NCBI RefSeq assembly: GCF_963921235.1
Contig: NC_086107.1
Location: forward strand, 97,466,001-97,530,000
Reading direction: 5' to 3'
DNA: 64,000 nucleotides
Source of the DNA: Mobula hypostoma
Taxonomy: Eukaryota
Below, piece after piece: positions 34,961-47,611 of this stretch (within the stretch, counting starts at the first letter, position 1; each line of letters begins with the position of its first letter). The position numbers and the translations under genes are program-made. The notes beneath the pieces are model-generated. The model saw only the letters and a list, made by a program, of their open reading frames with translations. It searched no databases and was not told the origin of the DNA.

Positions 34961-36171
34961 CTGTATAGGGTCCATGAGTTGCTGCTGTTTTGTCTCATTT
35001 CTAAAGTTTCTGTGTCTGTCTGCTGAAAAAAATACAGATGCAAAAAAAAAATCAGATTATACATGAGACTCAGTTGAGCTATTTTTGAATTTAGGACAAC
35101 AGGAAAGTCATTCTTTCATTTACAAGTAACTGAGACCGTTTTGCACAGTAACATACGCGCTTGCCAGTGAGATTTTCAGCCGTGTGAGCTCACCTCCTGC
35201 CAAATCACAAGTGGGAAGCAAAGAGTTAAGATGGAAGGTTTTCTATCCTGTGCCAGGATGAGGTTAGAGCCATTGGTGAGATGTTTACATGGGCATCTTC
35301 CATTGTAGCCATGGTCCGAAGATCTTACAATGGAACTCGTGAAAATGGTGATTCTGTGCAGTGGGTAATGAGGCTGCCTCGCATCTCCAGTGACCTCAGT
35401 CCGATCCCAACCTCTGATGCTGTCTATGTGGAGTTTCCACATTCTCCCAGTGACCATGTGGATTTCCCTTCGGTGCTCCAATTCCCCTTCCCGCACCTCA
35501 AAGATGAGGGCATTTGGTGGCCAACATGAATTGGATGTCCAAAGGGCCTGTTTGTGTGATGTTGATCACAAACTGAGAGAATATTAGTTGGTGATGATGA
35601 AGTTCAAATTTCAAAGTTCAAAGTGCCCCCATCTGGAGGTGTGGATGAAATAATCAAGGAGAATAGATGGGCTTGTGAGAGCAGCACAGGGAAATAAGGA
35701 GGGGAGTGGGACTGGTGGGAGTGTGCTGCTAGGAGCCAGCATGGTCCAAACAGGCTGAAGGGCCTGTATCATACAAGGTGAACAGGAAACATCTACGGTC
35801 ACGTGGTTGGACAGAGTTAAGGAAGGTTAATAGTGTACAGACAGATTAAGAAGGGGAAAGGTGATGTCTTCTGGAAGCAACACGTATAACAACTTGTTGG
35901 CTTCTTCCGCATCCCTTTCCAGTCCTTGGCCAGAAACATCGACCATTTATTCCTCTCCGTAGACGCTGCCTGACCTGCTGCGTTCCCACCGCACTTTGAG
36001 TGTGTTGCTCGAAATTTCCATCATCTGCAGAACCTCTTGTGTTTCTTATCGTCTGGAAGCATTGCCTTTAGTAACGGAATATTACAACAAGACCACTGCT
36101 TACGTTTACACTGAGTATAGCTGCAGGATTCAGACTGGGAATGGAGTTATAGGCAAACTGGCCACCGGTGG

Positions 36172-36545
36172 ATTACCAACTTACTTCCGGTAATGCCCAC
36201 CCCTCTCACCATTCCCCATCCCCCTTTTCCCTCACTCACCTTATCGCCTTACCTGCCCATCACCTCCCTCTGGCGCTCCTCCCACCTCCATGGCCTTCTG
36301 TCCTCTCCTATTAGATTCCCCCCTTCTCCAGCCCCAATTAACGTCCCAGCTCTTTACGTCACCCCGCCCCCTCCTGGTTTCACCTATCGCCTTTGTGTTT
36401 CTCCCTCCCCTCCCTCCCCTCCTCACCCTTTAACTCTACTCTTCATCTTTTTCTCTCCAGTCCTTCTGAAGGGTCTCGGCCAGAAACGTCAACTTCTCCA
36501 TAGATGCTGCCTGGCCTGCTGAGTTCCTCCAGCACCTTGTGGGTG
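36172..36545 (+). mobile_element. Penelope-like 3' end
   Basis: aacttccggtaa ORF end, pyrimidine-rich tract, degenerate hammerhead motif, gatgctgcctggcctgctgagttcctccagca. Confidence 0.75.
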
Positions 36546-37167
36546 TTGATCGGTCGGTGCTGTTGACTCGCCCGTAGGTGGGGGAAGGCTGGGAGTGTGG
36601 AGGCACTGGCAAAGCCAGAAATTATTGCCCATCTGAGCAACTTCATTTCGTGGCCATTCATGCTGCAGCTGGAGTAAGTTGGCTTATTATTGACGCATGT
36701 AGCAAGGTACAGTGAAAAACTTTATTTTTGCATGTCATTCATGCAGGTTACAGCAGTACATCAAGCTGATACAGTGGAAAACCACACCAGAGCACTGAAT
36801 AGAGTGTTACAGTTACAGAGAAAGTACAGTGAGCATCTTGATGAGGTGAAGAGTCAATCTCATTTACGCATGGGAAAGACTGCATATTTCTTTCCCTGAA
36901 AGACATTTCTGATGGCTTTCAAAGACAACTGGCCATGTCCTGGAAACCATGAGAGGCACAAGCTTTTTAACTTCCCTGTTCACTTAATGAGTTAACTTGA
37001 AGCTTCTAAGGTGGCTCAGCAGAACTGATGGTCTCATCTTAGTTCTCCATGTCTCTGGATCTTGGCCCAGGTCTCTGCCTGCTGTGTTATCAGGCTCTGT
37101 GGTTCGAGGGGAGCTTTAGGATTGTGCCTGGCTGAATATTTCACCCCATAGGATACCAAGAGAGCAG

Positions 37168-37500
37168 AGCAACACACACACAAAATGCTGGAGGAACTCA
37201 GCAGGTCAGGAAGCATCAATGGAAAAGAGTTAAACAGCCAACATTTCGGACCAAGACTCGTCATCAGAACTGGAAAGGAAGGCCAGAGGCGCCCTAAGTA
37301 AGAAGGTGGGAGGTGGGAGATGAGTACAAGCTGGCAGGTGATAAGAGAAGCCAGGTGAGGTGGAAGATGGGTGGGTTGGGGAAGGGGGGATGAAGTGAGA
37401 AATTGGGAGGTGATAGGTGAAAAGGTAAGGGGATGAAGAGAGAATCTGATAGGAGAGGAGAAAGGAGGAATGGAACCACAGGAAAATGATGGACGGGTAC
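37168..37500 (-). mobile_element. Penelope-like 3' end
   Basis: cacacacaaaatgctggaggaactcagcagg plus a purine-rich tract, as at 15362. Confidence 0.75.
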
Positions 37501-39244
37501 CCAACAGGAAACCAAAACAGAGACCTGATTGAGAATCACGAACTGACAATATAGAAGGGCTGACTTCAGTGGAATGGCATCGTCAGGCCTCCAAAAGCTG
37601 CACCACATTGATAGCTCAGCCTTCCGCTGTGAGGGTCTGAAGATCCGGAATTCCCTCCTTACATCCCTCTGAAAGCTCAGCTCTTTGACCAAGCTGCAGG
37701 GTCACTGGTCCCAGTATCTCCCCAGGTGGCTGCTCGGTAACTTTTCCTGGGAATGAAAGCTGCTGAACAACAGCCCGAGGGAAAACTCCGGTCAGAGTGA
37801 TCCTGCATTCTGTCCGACTGAAACAGCCGTGCGGGCCTGCTGTATGCAGGGAACAGGAGGATCAGATGCACTCTGAAGGGGTGGATCCCAAAGCCCAGGG
37901 TGAATTTGTTTGGCACAGTGACAGAGCAGGTGGAATTGGCATCTGTCAGCGTTGAGTTTGCACGTTCACCCTGTGACCGTGTGGGCTTCTCCCAATGGCC
38001 CTGGCTTCCTCCCACATTCCTAGGCACATAGGTCGGTAGGTCGTTCAGTCACTGTAAATAGCCTCGAGAGTGTAGGTGAGTGGTAGAATCTGGTGATCTG
38101 GTTCCGAGAGGCAGCAGCTCTACACCACTGCAAGTTCATAAACAGCTTAATTCCAAAACCAGGCATCGTCTCCACCTCACCCTCCCAGTCTCTGCAGTCA
38201 CCGCTATCCTCCTTCACCCGTGGGATCTCTTGCACACACCTCTCCCCACCCCGTTCTGATCTCCTGGCTTTTAATTGCCCCAGCTCAGTCCAGCTTCCTG
38301 GAGGGGTATCTCTACCCCTCAACCTCTCCACCTCTCTCCAGATGCTCTTTAAACTCAGGGTTTCCTTCATATTTCCTTAAAATGTAGAAGATGGCTGTCT
38401 GGCCCATCGATTTTATGCCTGCTGAATAGGTTAGGACCTTATTCCCTGGAGCACAGGGGAATGTGGAGAGATTCTTTTATTTCTTTGTCAAGATTAGCCC
38501 CTTCAAGCCGAGTGCTCCCCCAGTTTAATCCAAGCCTAATGACAGGACAATTTACAAAGCCCAATTAGCCTACCAACCGGTAGGTCTTTGGACTGTGGGA
38601 GGAAACCGGAGCACCTGGAGGAAACCCACACGGTCACAGGGAGAACATACAAACTCCTTACAGACAGTGGTGGGAATTGAACCCGGGTCACCTGAATTGT
38701 AAAGCTTTGTGCTAATTCTGCTACCCCAATAGAGAGAGGTATATTGAATTATGAGAGGTTGAGATAGGGTAAATGCATGTAGGCCTTTTCCACTGTCAGT
38801 GGGTGATACCAGAACTAGAGGTCATAGGTTTAGGGTGAAAGGTGAAATATTAGGAGGAACCTGAGGGGATTTTTTTTTTTACTCAGAGAGCGGCGAGAAG
38901 GTGGAACAAGCTGCCAGCAGAAGTGATAGATATGATATCACCATTTAGGAGAAGAAGGGAGTAGAATGGAGGGCCTGTGCTCCGGTTGTGAGTCAGAATA
39001 ACAGTTTGGAAAGGCTGGGTAATGGCCAGTTGAGGTGGCAGGGCCCAGGTCCAAGAGCCTGGGTCCAAGAGCGAGGAGTGGCCTGAGGTTTGGCTGATTT
39101 AAGCGCCAGGCCAGGTTGAAAAGGTCAGTGTGCCGGGGCTGGAGGTGAGGGCTGGGCCGGTGTTCAGCTCGCTGTTCCAAGAGGTTTACTCGTCTTCGCA
39201 CTGAACTGAGGCCGTGGCCTGCAACTAACGGGCTCCTGGCTCGC

Positions 39245-39890
39245 AAACACGGGAGAATCTGCAGTCGCTGGAAATCCAAAGCAACACACACACAATGCTG
39301 GAGGAACTCAGCAGGCCAGGCAGCAGCTAAGGAAAAGAGTAAACAGTCGATGTTTCGGGTCGAAGCCCTTCTTCAGGAGTGGAAAGGAAGGGGAGAAGAA
39401 GTCAGAGTAACAAGGTGGGGGGAGGGGAGGGAAGAGGCAGGTGAAATCGAGAGAGGGGGAGAGAGTGAAGTAAGGAGTTGGGAAGTTGATTGGTAGAAGA
39501 GATAAAGGACGGGAGGACAGGGAATCTGATAGGAGAGGACAGAAGACCATGGAAGAAAGGGAAGGGGGAGGAGCGCCAGAGGGAGGTGATGGGCAGGTAG
39601 GGAGATAAGATGAGAGAGGGGAACAGGAATGGGGAATGGGGAAGGGGGGAAAGCAATTACCGGAAGTTTGAGAAATTAATGTTCGTGCCATCAGGTTGGA
39701 GCCTACCCAGATGGAATATAAGGTGCTGCTTCTCCGACCTGAGAGTGTCAGTAGAGGAGGCCGTGGACTGACATGTCAGAATGAGAATGGGAAGTGGAAT
39801 TGAAACAGGTGGCTACAGGGAGATCTCGCTTTTTCTGGTGGATGGAGCGTAGGTGCCCCGTGAAACAGCCTCCCGACTTACTCCTGGTCT
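39245..39890 (-). mobile_element. Penelope-like 3' part with GIY-YIG C-terminal remnant
   Basis: aattaccggaagtttgagaaa...gtagaggaggccgtggactgacatgtcagaatg aligns with 15645-15880. Confidence 0.85.
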
Positions 39891-41086
39891 GGCTGTGACT
39901 GGCTTTGTGTCCGTGGACTCACTTCCACGAAGTTCATTTCTGAATGTTATTTGTTTACTTTTACTGTTTGCAAATTTTTTTTCCCCTGCACGTTGGGTGT
40001 TTGACGGCCTTTTTAAAAATAGGTTCTGTTAGGTTTGTTTCATGGCTGCTTGCAAGGAGATGAATCTCAAGGTGGTAGATAGCATGCATACTTTGATATT
40101 AAATGATCTTTGAACTTTGAGTTCAGTATGAACTCGAGAGGTTGAAGGACTTGCTTTGGTGCGGTAGTGCTACATAACGGTTCTTAGAACAATATCATCA
40201 GTCCCCTAACCACCAATGGTTTCCCTATTCTCTCACACAAGCCCCTGAAACCTGCCCCCTCTGTGACACAGACAGTCTCAGTGATGCTCCTGTTCCACGT
40301 CTGGACAGGTTTTGATCCATCGTTGGAGAGTACAAGTTCAGGTTCTTCCCAATACCTCCCCGAGCAGAGGGAGAGAGGCACGTAGGCGCAACTGTTTAAG
40401 AGCGCTGATCCATTGTTTGAGCATTAATATGACTCAAGTTAAGTTAACAAGAGAATTAACTGCATCACCAGTTAATGATGTGCAATGTCTTTGAGTATAA
40501 ATAACTAGCTAAATTAGAATCTGTCCTTCAAATCAATCTATTTATAAATATGTGCTGGGCCTTTATAAAATCCCCCGGACACCTGGTGTCTTTACAACTG
40601 TGTTGTTGCTGCCTTCAGCACAGTTAATTACTGTGATTAGAAATGTTAATTATAGATCGTCAGTCCTGGGTGTTGAGATACTGGGCTCAGTACCACGATC
40701 TCCCCTCACACGCCTCGCATCTTGTCACTTGGGCCCTGAGCATGCTGACAGCTCACACAGACGAGAGGCTGGGTCCATGGTTAGCTCCCTGTCTCCACCC
40801 TGAAACCGCCGGAAGGACGTGGGGGACGAGGGGGGACATAGTCAGGCTTTGGGGGCACTAAGACCAACCACCCTCCCCCCCCCCCGTATGCGGATGATGC
40901 CACCATCTTCCGCTCAGATTCACAGATTTATCAACATATGAGATCAGCTTGAGTTGGCATCAGGAAGAGAAAGGCCATTCTCTTCATCAACCAACACGAC
41001 CAATCCAATGTCTCCTTCACAACCAGGTCTAACTACCTGAAGCTGCTAGGAATCTGAAACAGAGTGGCAGGTCCTTCCGCTACCGA

Positions 41087-44000
41087 AGACCATAAGACCG
41101 TAAGATATAGAAGCAGAATTAGGCCATTTGGCCCATCAAGTCTGCTCCACCATTTCATCATGGCTGATCCAATTTTCCTCTCAGCCCCAATGTCCTGCCT
41201 TCTCCCTGTATCCCTTTGTTCCCTGACCAGTCAAAAATCTATCAACCTCTGCATTAAATATACATAAAGTCTTGGCCTCCACAGCTGCCTGTGGCAAAGA
41301 ATTCCACAGATTCACCACCCTCTGGCTAAGGTAATTCCTTTTCATCTCCGTTCTAAAAGCGACACACACACAATGCTGGAGGAACTCAGCAGGCCAGGCA
41401 GCATGTTTGTCCGTTCTAAAAGGATGTCCCTCGATTCTGAGACTGTGTCCTCTGGTTTTAGTTTCTCCTACCATAGGAAACATCCTCTCCACATCCACTC
41501 GATCAAGGCCTTTCACCCTTCAATAGGTTTCAATGAGGGTGCACCTCATTCTTCTGAATTCCAGTAAATACTGTCAAACGTCCTATCAAAGCCATTCAAT
41601 CCTGGAATCATTTTTGTGAATCTTCTTTGAACCCTCTCTAGTTTCAGCACATCCTTTCTAAGATAGAGGGCCCAAAACTGCTCACAATAGCCAAGTGAAG
41701 CCTCACCAGTGCTTCATAAAGTCTCAACATTACATCCTTGCTTTTATATTCCAGTCCTCTTGAAATGAATGCTAATATTGCATTTGCCTTCTTCACCACA
41801 AACTCAATCTGTAAATTAACCTTTGGGGTTCCTGCACAAGGACTCCCAAGTCCCTTTACATCCATCTGCCATTTCTTTGTCCATTCTCTTAATCTCTCTG
41901 TCTTTCTGTAGCCTCTCTACTTCCTCAAAGCTACCTGCCCCTGCACTTACCTTCATATCATCTGAAAATTTTGCAACAAAGCCACCAATACCATCATCCA
42001 AATCATTGACATATAACATAAAAAGAATTGGTCCCAACACAGACCCCTATGGAACACCTCTAGTCACCAGTGCCTAGCCAGAAAAAGCTCCCTTTATTTC
42101 CACTCTTTGTTCCTGCCAATCAACCACTGCTTTAACCATGCGAGTGTCTTTCCTGTAGTACCATGGCTCTTAAATTATTAAGCAGCTTCACGTGTAGCAC
42201 CTTGTCAAAGGCTTTCTGAAAATCCAAGTAAATAACATCAACTGATTCTCCTTTGTCTAACCTGCTTGTTTTTTTCTTCAAAGAATTCCAACAGATTTGT
42301 CAGGCAAGATTTTCCCAGAGGAAACCATACTGATTATGGCCTATTTTATCATGTGCCTCCAAGTACCCTGAGACCTCATCCTTAACAATCAGCTACAACA
42401 TCTTCCCAACCACTGAGGTCTGACTAACTGACCTATAGTTTCCTTTCTTCTGCCTTTCTTTCTTCCTAAAGAGTGGAGTCACATTTGCAATTTTCCAGTC
42501 TTCCAAACCATTCCAGAATCTAGTGATTCTTGAAAGATCATGAGTAATACCTTCACGATCTCTTCAGCTACCTCTTTCAGAACTCTGGTGTGTACGCCTT
42601 CTGGTCCAGGTGACCTATCTACTCTCAGACCTTTCAATTTTCCAAGAACCTTTTCTCTTGTTATGGTAACTTCACACATTTTATGACCCCTGACACCTGG
42701 AATTCCCACCATGCTGCTAGTATTATTCCCCATGAAGACTGATGCAAAATACTTATTCAGTTCTTCCTCCCATTCCTTGTCCCCCATTACTACCTCTCCA
42801 GCATCGTTTTCCAGTGGTCAGATATCTACTCTCAACTCTCTTTTACTCTTTATGTATCTGAAGAACCTTTTTGTATCTTCCTTAATATCATTGGCTAGCT
42901 TACTTCATATTCCAGTTTTACCTTCTTCATGACTTTTTTGGTTGCCTTCTATTGGTTTTTAAAAAGTTCCAAATCATCTAACTTCCCATTAATTTTTGCT
43001 CTATTATATGCCTTCTGTTTGGCTTTTATGGTGGTTTTGGCTTGTTTTGTTTGCCACAATCATGTCATCTTTCCTTTAGAATACTTCTTCCACTTTGGGA
43101 TGTATATATCCTGTACCTTCTGAATTGCTTCCAGAAATTCCAACCACTGCTGCGCTGCCGTCATCCCTGCCAGTGTTCTTTTCCAGTCAATTCTGGCCAA
43201 CTCCTCTCTCATGCCTCTGTAATTCCCTTCACGCCACTGTAATACTGATGCATCTGATTTTAGCTTCTCCTTCTCAAATTTCAGGGTGAATTAGATCATA
43301 TTGTGATCACTTGTCCCTAAGGGTTAGACCATAAGACCATAAGACATGGGAGCAGAATTAGGCCACTCAGCCCATCGAATCTGCTCCACCATTCTGATCC
43401 TGGGTCCCACTCAACCCCATATACCTGCTTTCTCTCCATATCCTTTTATGCCCTGACCGATCAGGAAGTGATCAACTTCCGCCTTAAATATACCCACGGA
43501 CTTGACCTCCATCACAGCTTGTGGCAGAGCATTCCACAGATTCACTACTCTCTGACGAAAAAAATTCCTCCTTTCCTTTGTTCCAAAAGGTCTCCCCTCA
43601 AATTTGAGGCTGTGCCCTCCAGTTCTGGATACACCCAACATAGGAAACATCCTCTCCACATCCACCCTATCTAGTCCTTTCAACATTCGGTAGGTTTCAA
43701 TGAGATCCCCATGCATTCTTCTAAATTCCAGTGAGTGCAAGTGAATGGGTTCTTTTACCTTAAGCTCTCTAATCAATTCTGGTTCATTGCACAACCCCCA
43801 TTCCAGATTAGCTGATCTTCTAGTGGGTTCATCCAAGCGCTGCTCTAAAAAGCCATCTCGTAGGTGCTCTAGAAACTCCCTCTCCTGGAATCTAACACCA
43901 ACCTGATTTTCCCCATCTACCTGCATATTGAAGTCCCCAATGACAATATTAACATTGTCCTTTTGGCATGCATTTTCTATCTCCTTCTTACAAATTCTAC
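41087..44000 (-). mobile_element. Long decayed CR1 ORF2 with a nested CR1 3' end (43326-43746, TSD gggtt) and a 50-bp Penelope insert
   Basis: IGDFNMQVD (APE domain), LKGLRVDRSPGPEGVHTRVLKE, LGPILF.LYVNDLD...KFSDD; (tcttatgg)n tail. Confidence 0.88.
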
Positions 44001-44327
44001 TGGAGATAGAATATAGAACATAGTATAGGCCTTTCAGCCCACAAAGCTGTACCAACCAATATAAACCTACTCTGTGATCTATCTAACTCTTTCTTGCTAC
44101 AAAGGTAGAGTCATAGAACACTACTGTACAGAAACAGGCCCTTTGACCCCGTCAAGTCTATGCCAAGCTATCAATCTGCCTAGTCCCATCAACCATAACC
44201 CTCCACACCCCTCCATCCATGTACCTATCCAAATTTCTCTTAAGTATTGACATTGAACTCCAGCATTCATCACTTTACCGGCAATTCCTTCCACACTCTC
44301 CACACCCTCTGTAGAAACACAAAAAAA

Positions 44328-44938
44328 CATAGAAGCATAGAAAACCTACAGCACAATACAGGCCCTTCAGCCCACAAAGTTGTGCCAGACATGTCCCTAC
44401 CTTAGAAATTACTGGGCTTACCTATAGCCCTCTATTTTTCTAAGCTCCATGTACCTATCCAAAAGTCTCTTAAAAGACCCTATCGTATCCGCCTCCACCA
44501 CCGTTGCCGGCAGCTCATTCCATGCACTCACCACTCTCTGAGTAAAAAACTTACCCCTGACATCTCCACTGTACCCACTCCCCAGCACCTTAAACCTGTG
44601 CTCTCTTGTGGCAGCCATTTCAGCCCTGGGAAAAAGCCTCTGACTATCCACACGATCAATGCCCCTCATCATCTTATACACCTCTGTCAGGTCACCTCTC
44701 ACCCTCCGTCGCTCCAAGGAGAAAAGGCCGAGTTCACTCAACCTATTCTCACAAGACATGCTCCCCAATCCAGGCAACATCCTTGTGAATCTCCTCTGCA
44801 GCCTTTCTATGGCTTCCACTTCCTTCCTGTAGTGAGGTGACCAGAACTGAGCACAGTACTCCAAGTGGGGTCTGACCAGGGTCCTACATAGCTGCAACAT
44901 CACCTCTCGGCTCCTAAATCCAATTCCACCATTGATGA
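44328..44938 (-). mobile_element. Young 5'-truncated CR1 nested in another CR1 tail
   Basis: ORF 44418..44951 is an uninterrupted CR1 ORF2 C-terminus. Confidence 0.88.
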
Positions 44939-45564
44939 AGTTCCTCCTCAAGGTCCCCTCTTGGGGCAGTACTCCATCTTACGTATCTCAGCAAATGAAA
45001 CTGGAACTGCTGGTGAGTTAAAACTTTGGGGACAGTGACCACAATTCTTAAGGTTGGTCCGTCAAGTTAAGGTCTGGAACTGCAGGGAGGCTGATTTCAA
45101 TAGTGAATGAGGGGATCTGGCATAATTAGATTGAGGCCAGATGCTTGCAGGTATGTTGACAACAGAAAAGTGGAAGTGCTTTCAGAGAGAATTATTTAGA
45201 GTTCGGGGCCAGCATGTTTTTATGTTTTTATTTATTTATCAGGATATAGCACGGAATAGGCCCTTCTGGCCCTTTGAGCCACGCCGCCCAGCAACCACCC
45301 AACTTTGCCTAATCACAGGACAATTTACAATGACCAATTAACCTGCTAACCAGTACATCTTTGGACTGTGAGAGGAAACCGGAGCACCTGGAGGAAACCC
45401 ACGCAGTCACGTGGAGAACGTACAAACTCCTTACAGGCAGCTGCGGGAATTGAACCCGGGTCACTGGTACGGTAAAGCCTTGTGCTAACCACTACACTAC
45501 CATGCCACTCCAGTAAGGGTGAAAAGCAAAGATGGCAAGATTAGGAAACCTTGGATGTTGAAAT

Positions 45565-46110
45565 ACATCCTAGGACGTGCTGATCTCATCATCAGTGATT
45601 TAACCTGGGGTCATCATGTGTTTCGGGTCTTTCAATGTCAGACACTCTCGCCCGGGCGACCCAGCCAGGGTTGATCAGGCCCCGACTTGTATCCCAGCAG
45701 CACTGGTCCACGGGTCACACCTCTTGATCCATAGCCATCTGGAGACTCGCTCAGCAGCCTCTGTGATGATCCTGGTGGCTCTTTTCTTTGCAGCCCCTGT
45801 AACGCCAAGGAGAGAGTAGGTTTTGCACAGCGAGCGGCCAACAAAACCTCTACATCCCACCTCTATAGGCTCACATCGTGCCCTCTGCCCCTATCTCTGG
45901 CACTGCTTTACCAGCTCCTGGTACTCGGCTTTCTTACACTCAAACGCCTCCCTAATCTGGTCTTCCCAGGGAACTGTCAGTTCTACCTTGACCACCTGCT
46001 TCGAGATTTTGGACAGAATGACCATGTCAGGCCTCAGGGATGATGATGTAAAGAAGTCAGGGAAGTTTAACTGCTTGCCAAGATCGACTTTCAGGTGCCA
46101 GTCAAACGCC
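45565..46110 (-). mobile_element. HERO-like non-LTR retrotransposon 3' end (restriction-like endonuclease)
   Basis: W.L.VDLGKQL.FP....SSLRPDMVILS..SKQV..VELTVPWED.I.EA.E.KKAEY, then VGCRGFVGRSL...AAERVSRWLWIKR. Confidence 0.8.
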
Positions 46111-46659
46111 ATGGTAAGCAAAAATATATTGAAAGTTTGATCAAGTAAATTAGCAAAGCATATGATAGGTATTGGCAACAGGGTTCGACAGTCTCTCCTG
46201 AAGAATACAGAGTGTGTGAGAGAGAATTTAAAATTGAAATGACAAGGCCGAGAAATATCAGTGGCAAGTAAGGTTAAGGAAATCCCAAAATACTCTAAAT
46301 GTATGAGGATCAGACACCCTGAGCCAATAGGCTGGTCCTGGACTTATTTCATAATTTACTGGCATAATTTACATATTATTATTTAACTATTTATGGTTTT
46401 ATTACTATTTATTATTTATGGTGCAACTGTAATGAAAACCAATTTCCCCCGGGATCAGTAAAGTATGACTATGAATATGTATGTAAGGGGCAGAAAGAGG
46501 AGAGATGCTCCAAAGCGACTGGAAGAGCAGCCAGCCACTTCACTGGTTGAAAGCTGGACAGCAGAACTCTTGTTGGAATGGAGTCCTGCTCTCTAACACT
46601 TCCGAACAGCCAACTACCTATCAACACTGGTAGATCACTCCGCACTCAGGACGTTTTCA

Positions 46660-47025
46660 GGAGCGGGAATGCTGACAGAATCGGCAATGTAGGAAACAGC
46701 TGAGAGTTGAGGACACAGCTCAGCACATCACGGAAACCAGCCTCCCCTCCTTGGACTCTGTCTACACTTCCCACTGCCTCCATAAGGCAGTCAGCATGAT
46801 CAAAGACCCCTCCCACCACAGATATTCTCTCTTCTCCCCCCTTGCCTTCGGGCAGAAGATACAAAAGCCTGAAAACCTGTACCATCAGGCTCAAGGGCAG
46901 CTTCTATCTCGCTGTTATAAAGTTGTTGAATGGACCTGTGTACGATAAGATGGATTATTGACCACACAGTTCACCTTATTGTCCGCATGCACTGCTCTCT
47001 TTCATAACTGTTTCACTTTATTCTG
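46660..47025 (+). mobile_element. Rex1/Babar-type 3' end
   Basis: ORF 46751..46948 (SVYTSHCLHKA.SMIKDPSH). Confidence 0.7.
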
Positions 47026-47027
47026 TG

Positions 47028-47610
47028 TAAACTCGAGGAATTCTGCAGATGCTGGAAATTCAAGCAACGCACATCAAAGTTGCTGGTGAAAGCAGCAGGC
47101 CAGGCAGCATCTCTAGGAAGAGGTACAGTCGACGATTTGGGCCGAGACCCTTCGTCAGGACAAACTGAAGGAAGAGCTAGTAAGAGATTTGAAAGTGGGA
47201 GGGGGAGGGGGAGATCCAAAATGATAGGAGAAGACAGGAGCGGGAGGGATGGAGCCAAGAGCTGGACAGGTGATTGGCAAAAGGGGATATGAGAGGATCA
47301 TGGGACAAGAGGCCCAGGGAGAAGGAAAGGGAGGAGGGGGGAGAAAAACCAGAGGATGGGCAAGGGGTATAGTCAGAGGGACAGAGGGAGAAAAAGGAGA
47401 GAGAGAGAAATAATGTGTGTATATAAATAAATTACGGATGGGGTATGAGGGGGAGGTGGGGCATTAGCGGAAGTTAGAGAAGTCAATGTTCATGCCATCA
47501 GGTTGGAGGTTAGCCAGACAGAATATAAGGTGTTGTTCCTCCAACTTGAGTGTGGCTTCATCTTTACAGTAGAGGAGGCCGTGGATAGACATATCAGAAT
47601 GGGAATGGGA
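47028..47610 (-). mobile_element. Penelope-like 3' part
   Basis: Terminal repeat with mutated hammerhead (ctgacgaagggtctcggcccaaatcgtcgactg) and GIY-YIG C-terminal coding remnant. Confidence 0.85.
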
Positions 47611-47611
47611 T

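Noticed and set aside
43411..44055. 214-aa ORF as a gene
   Set aside because: Chance in-frame fusion of a CR1 endonuclease fragment with a nested CR1 3' end
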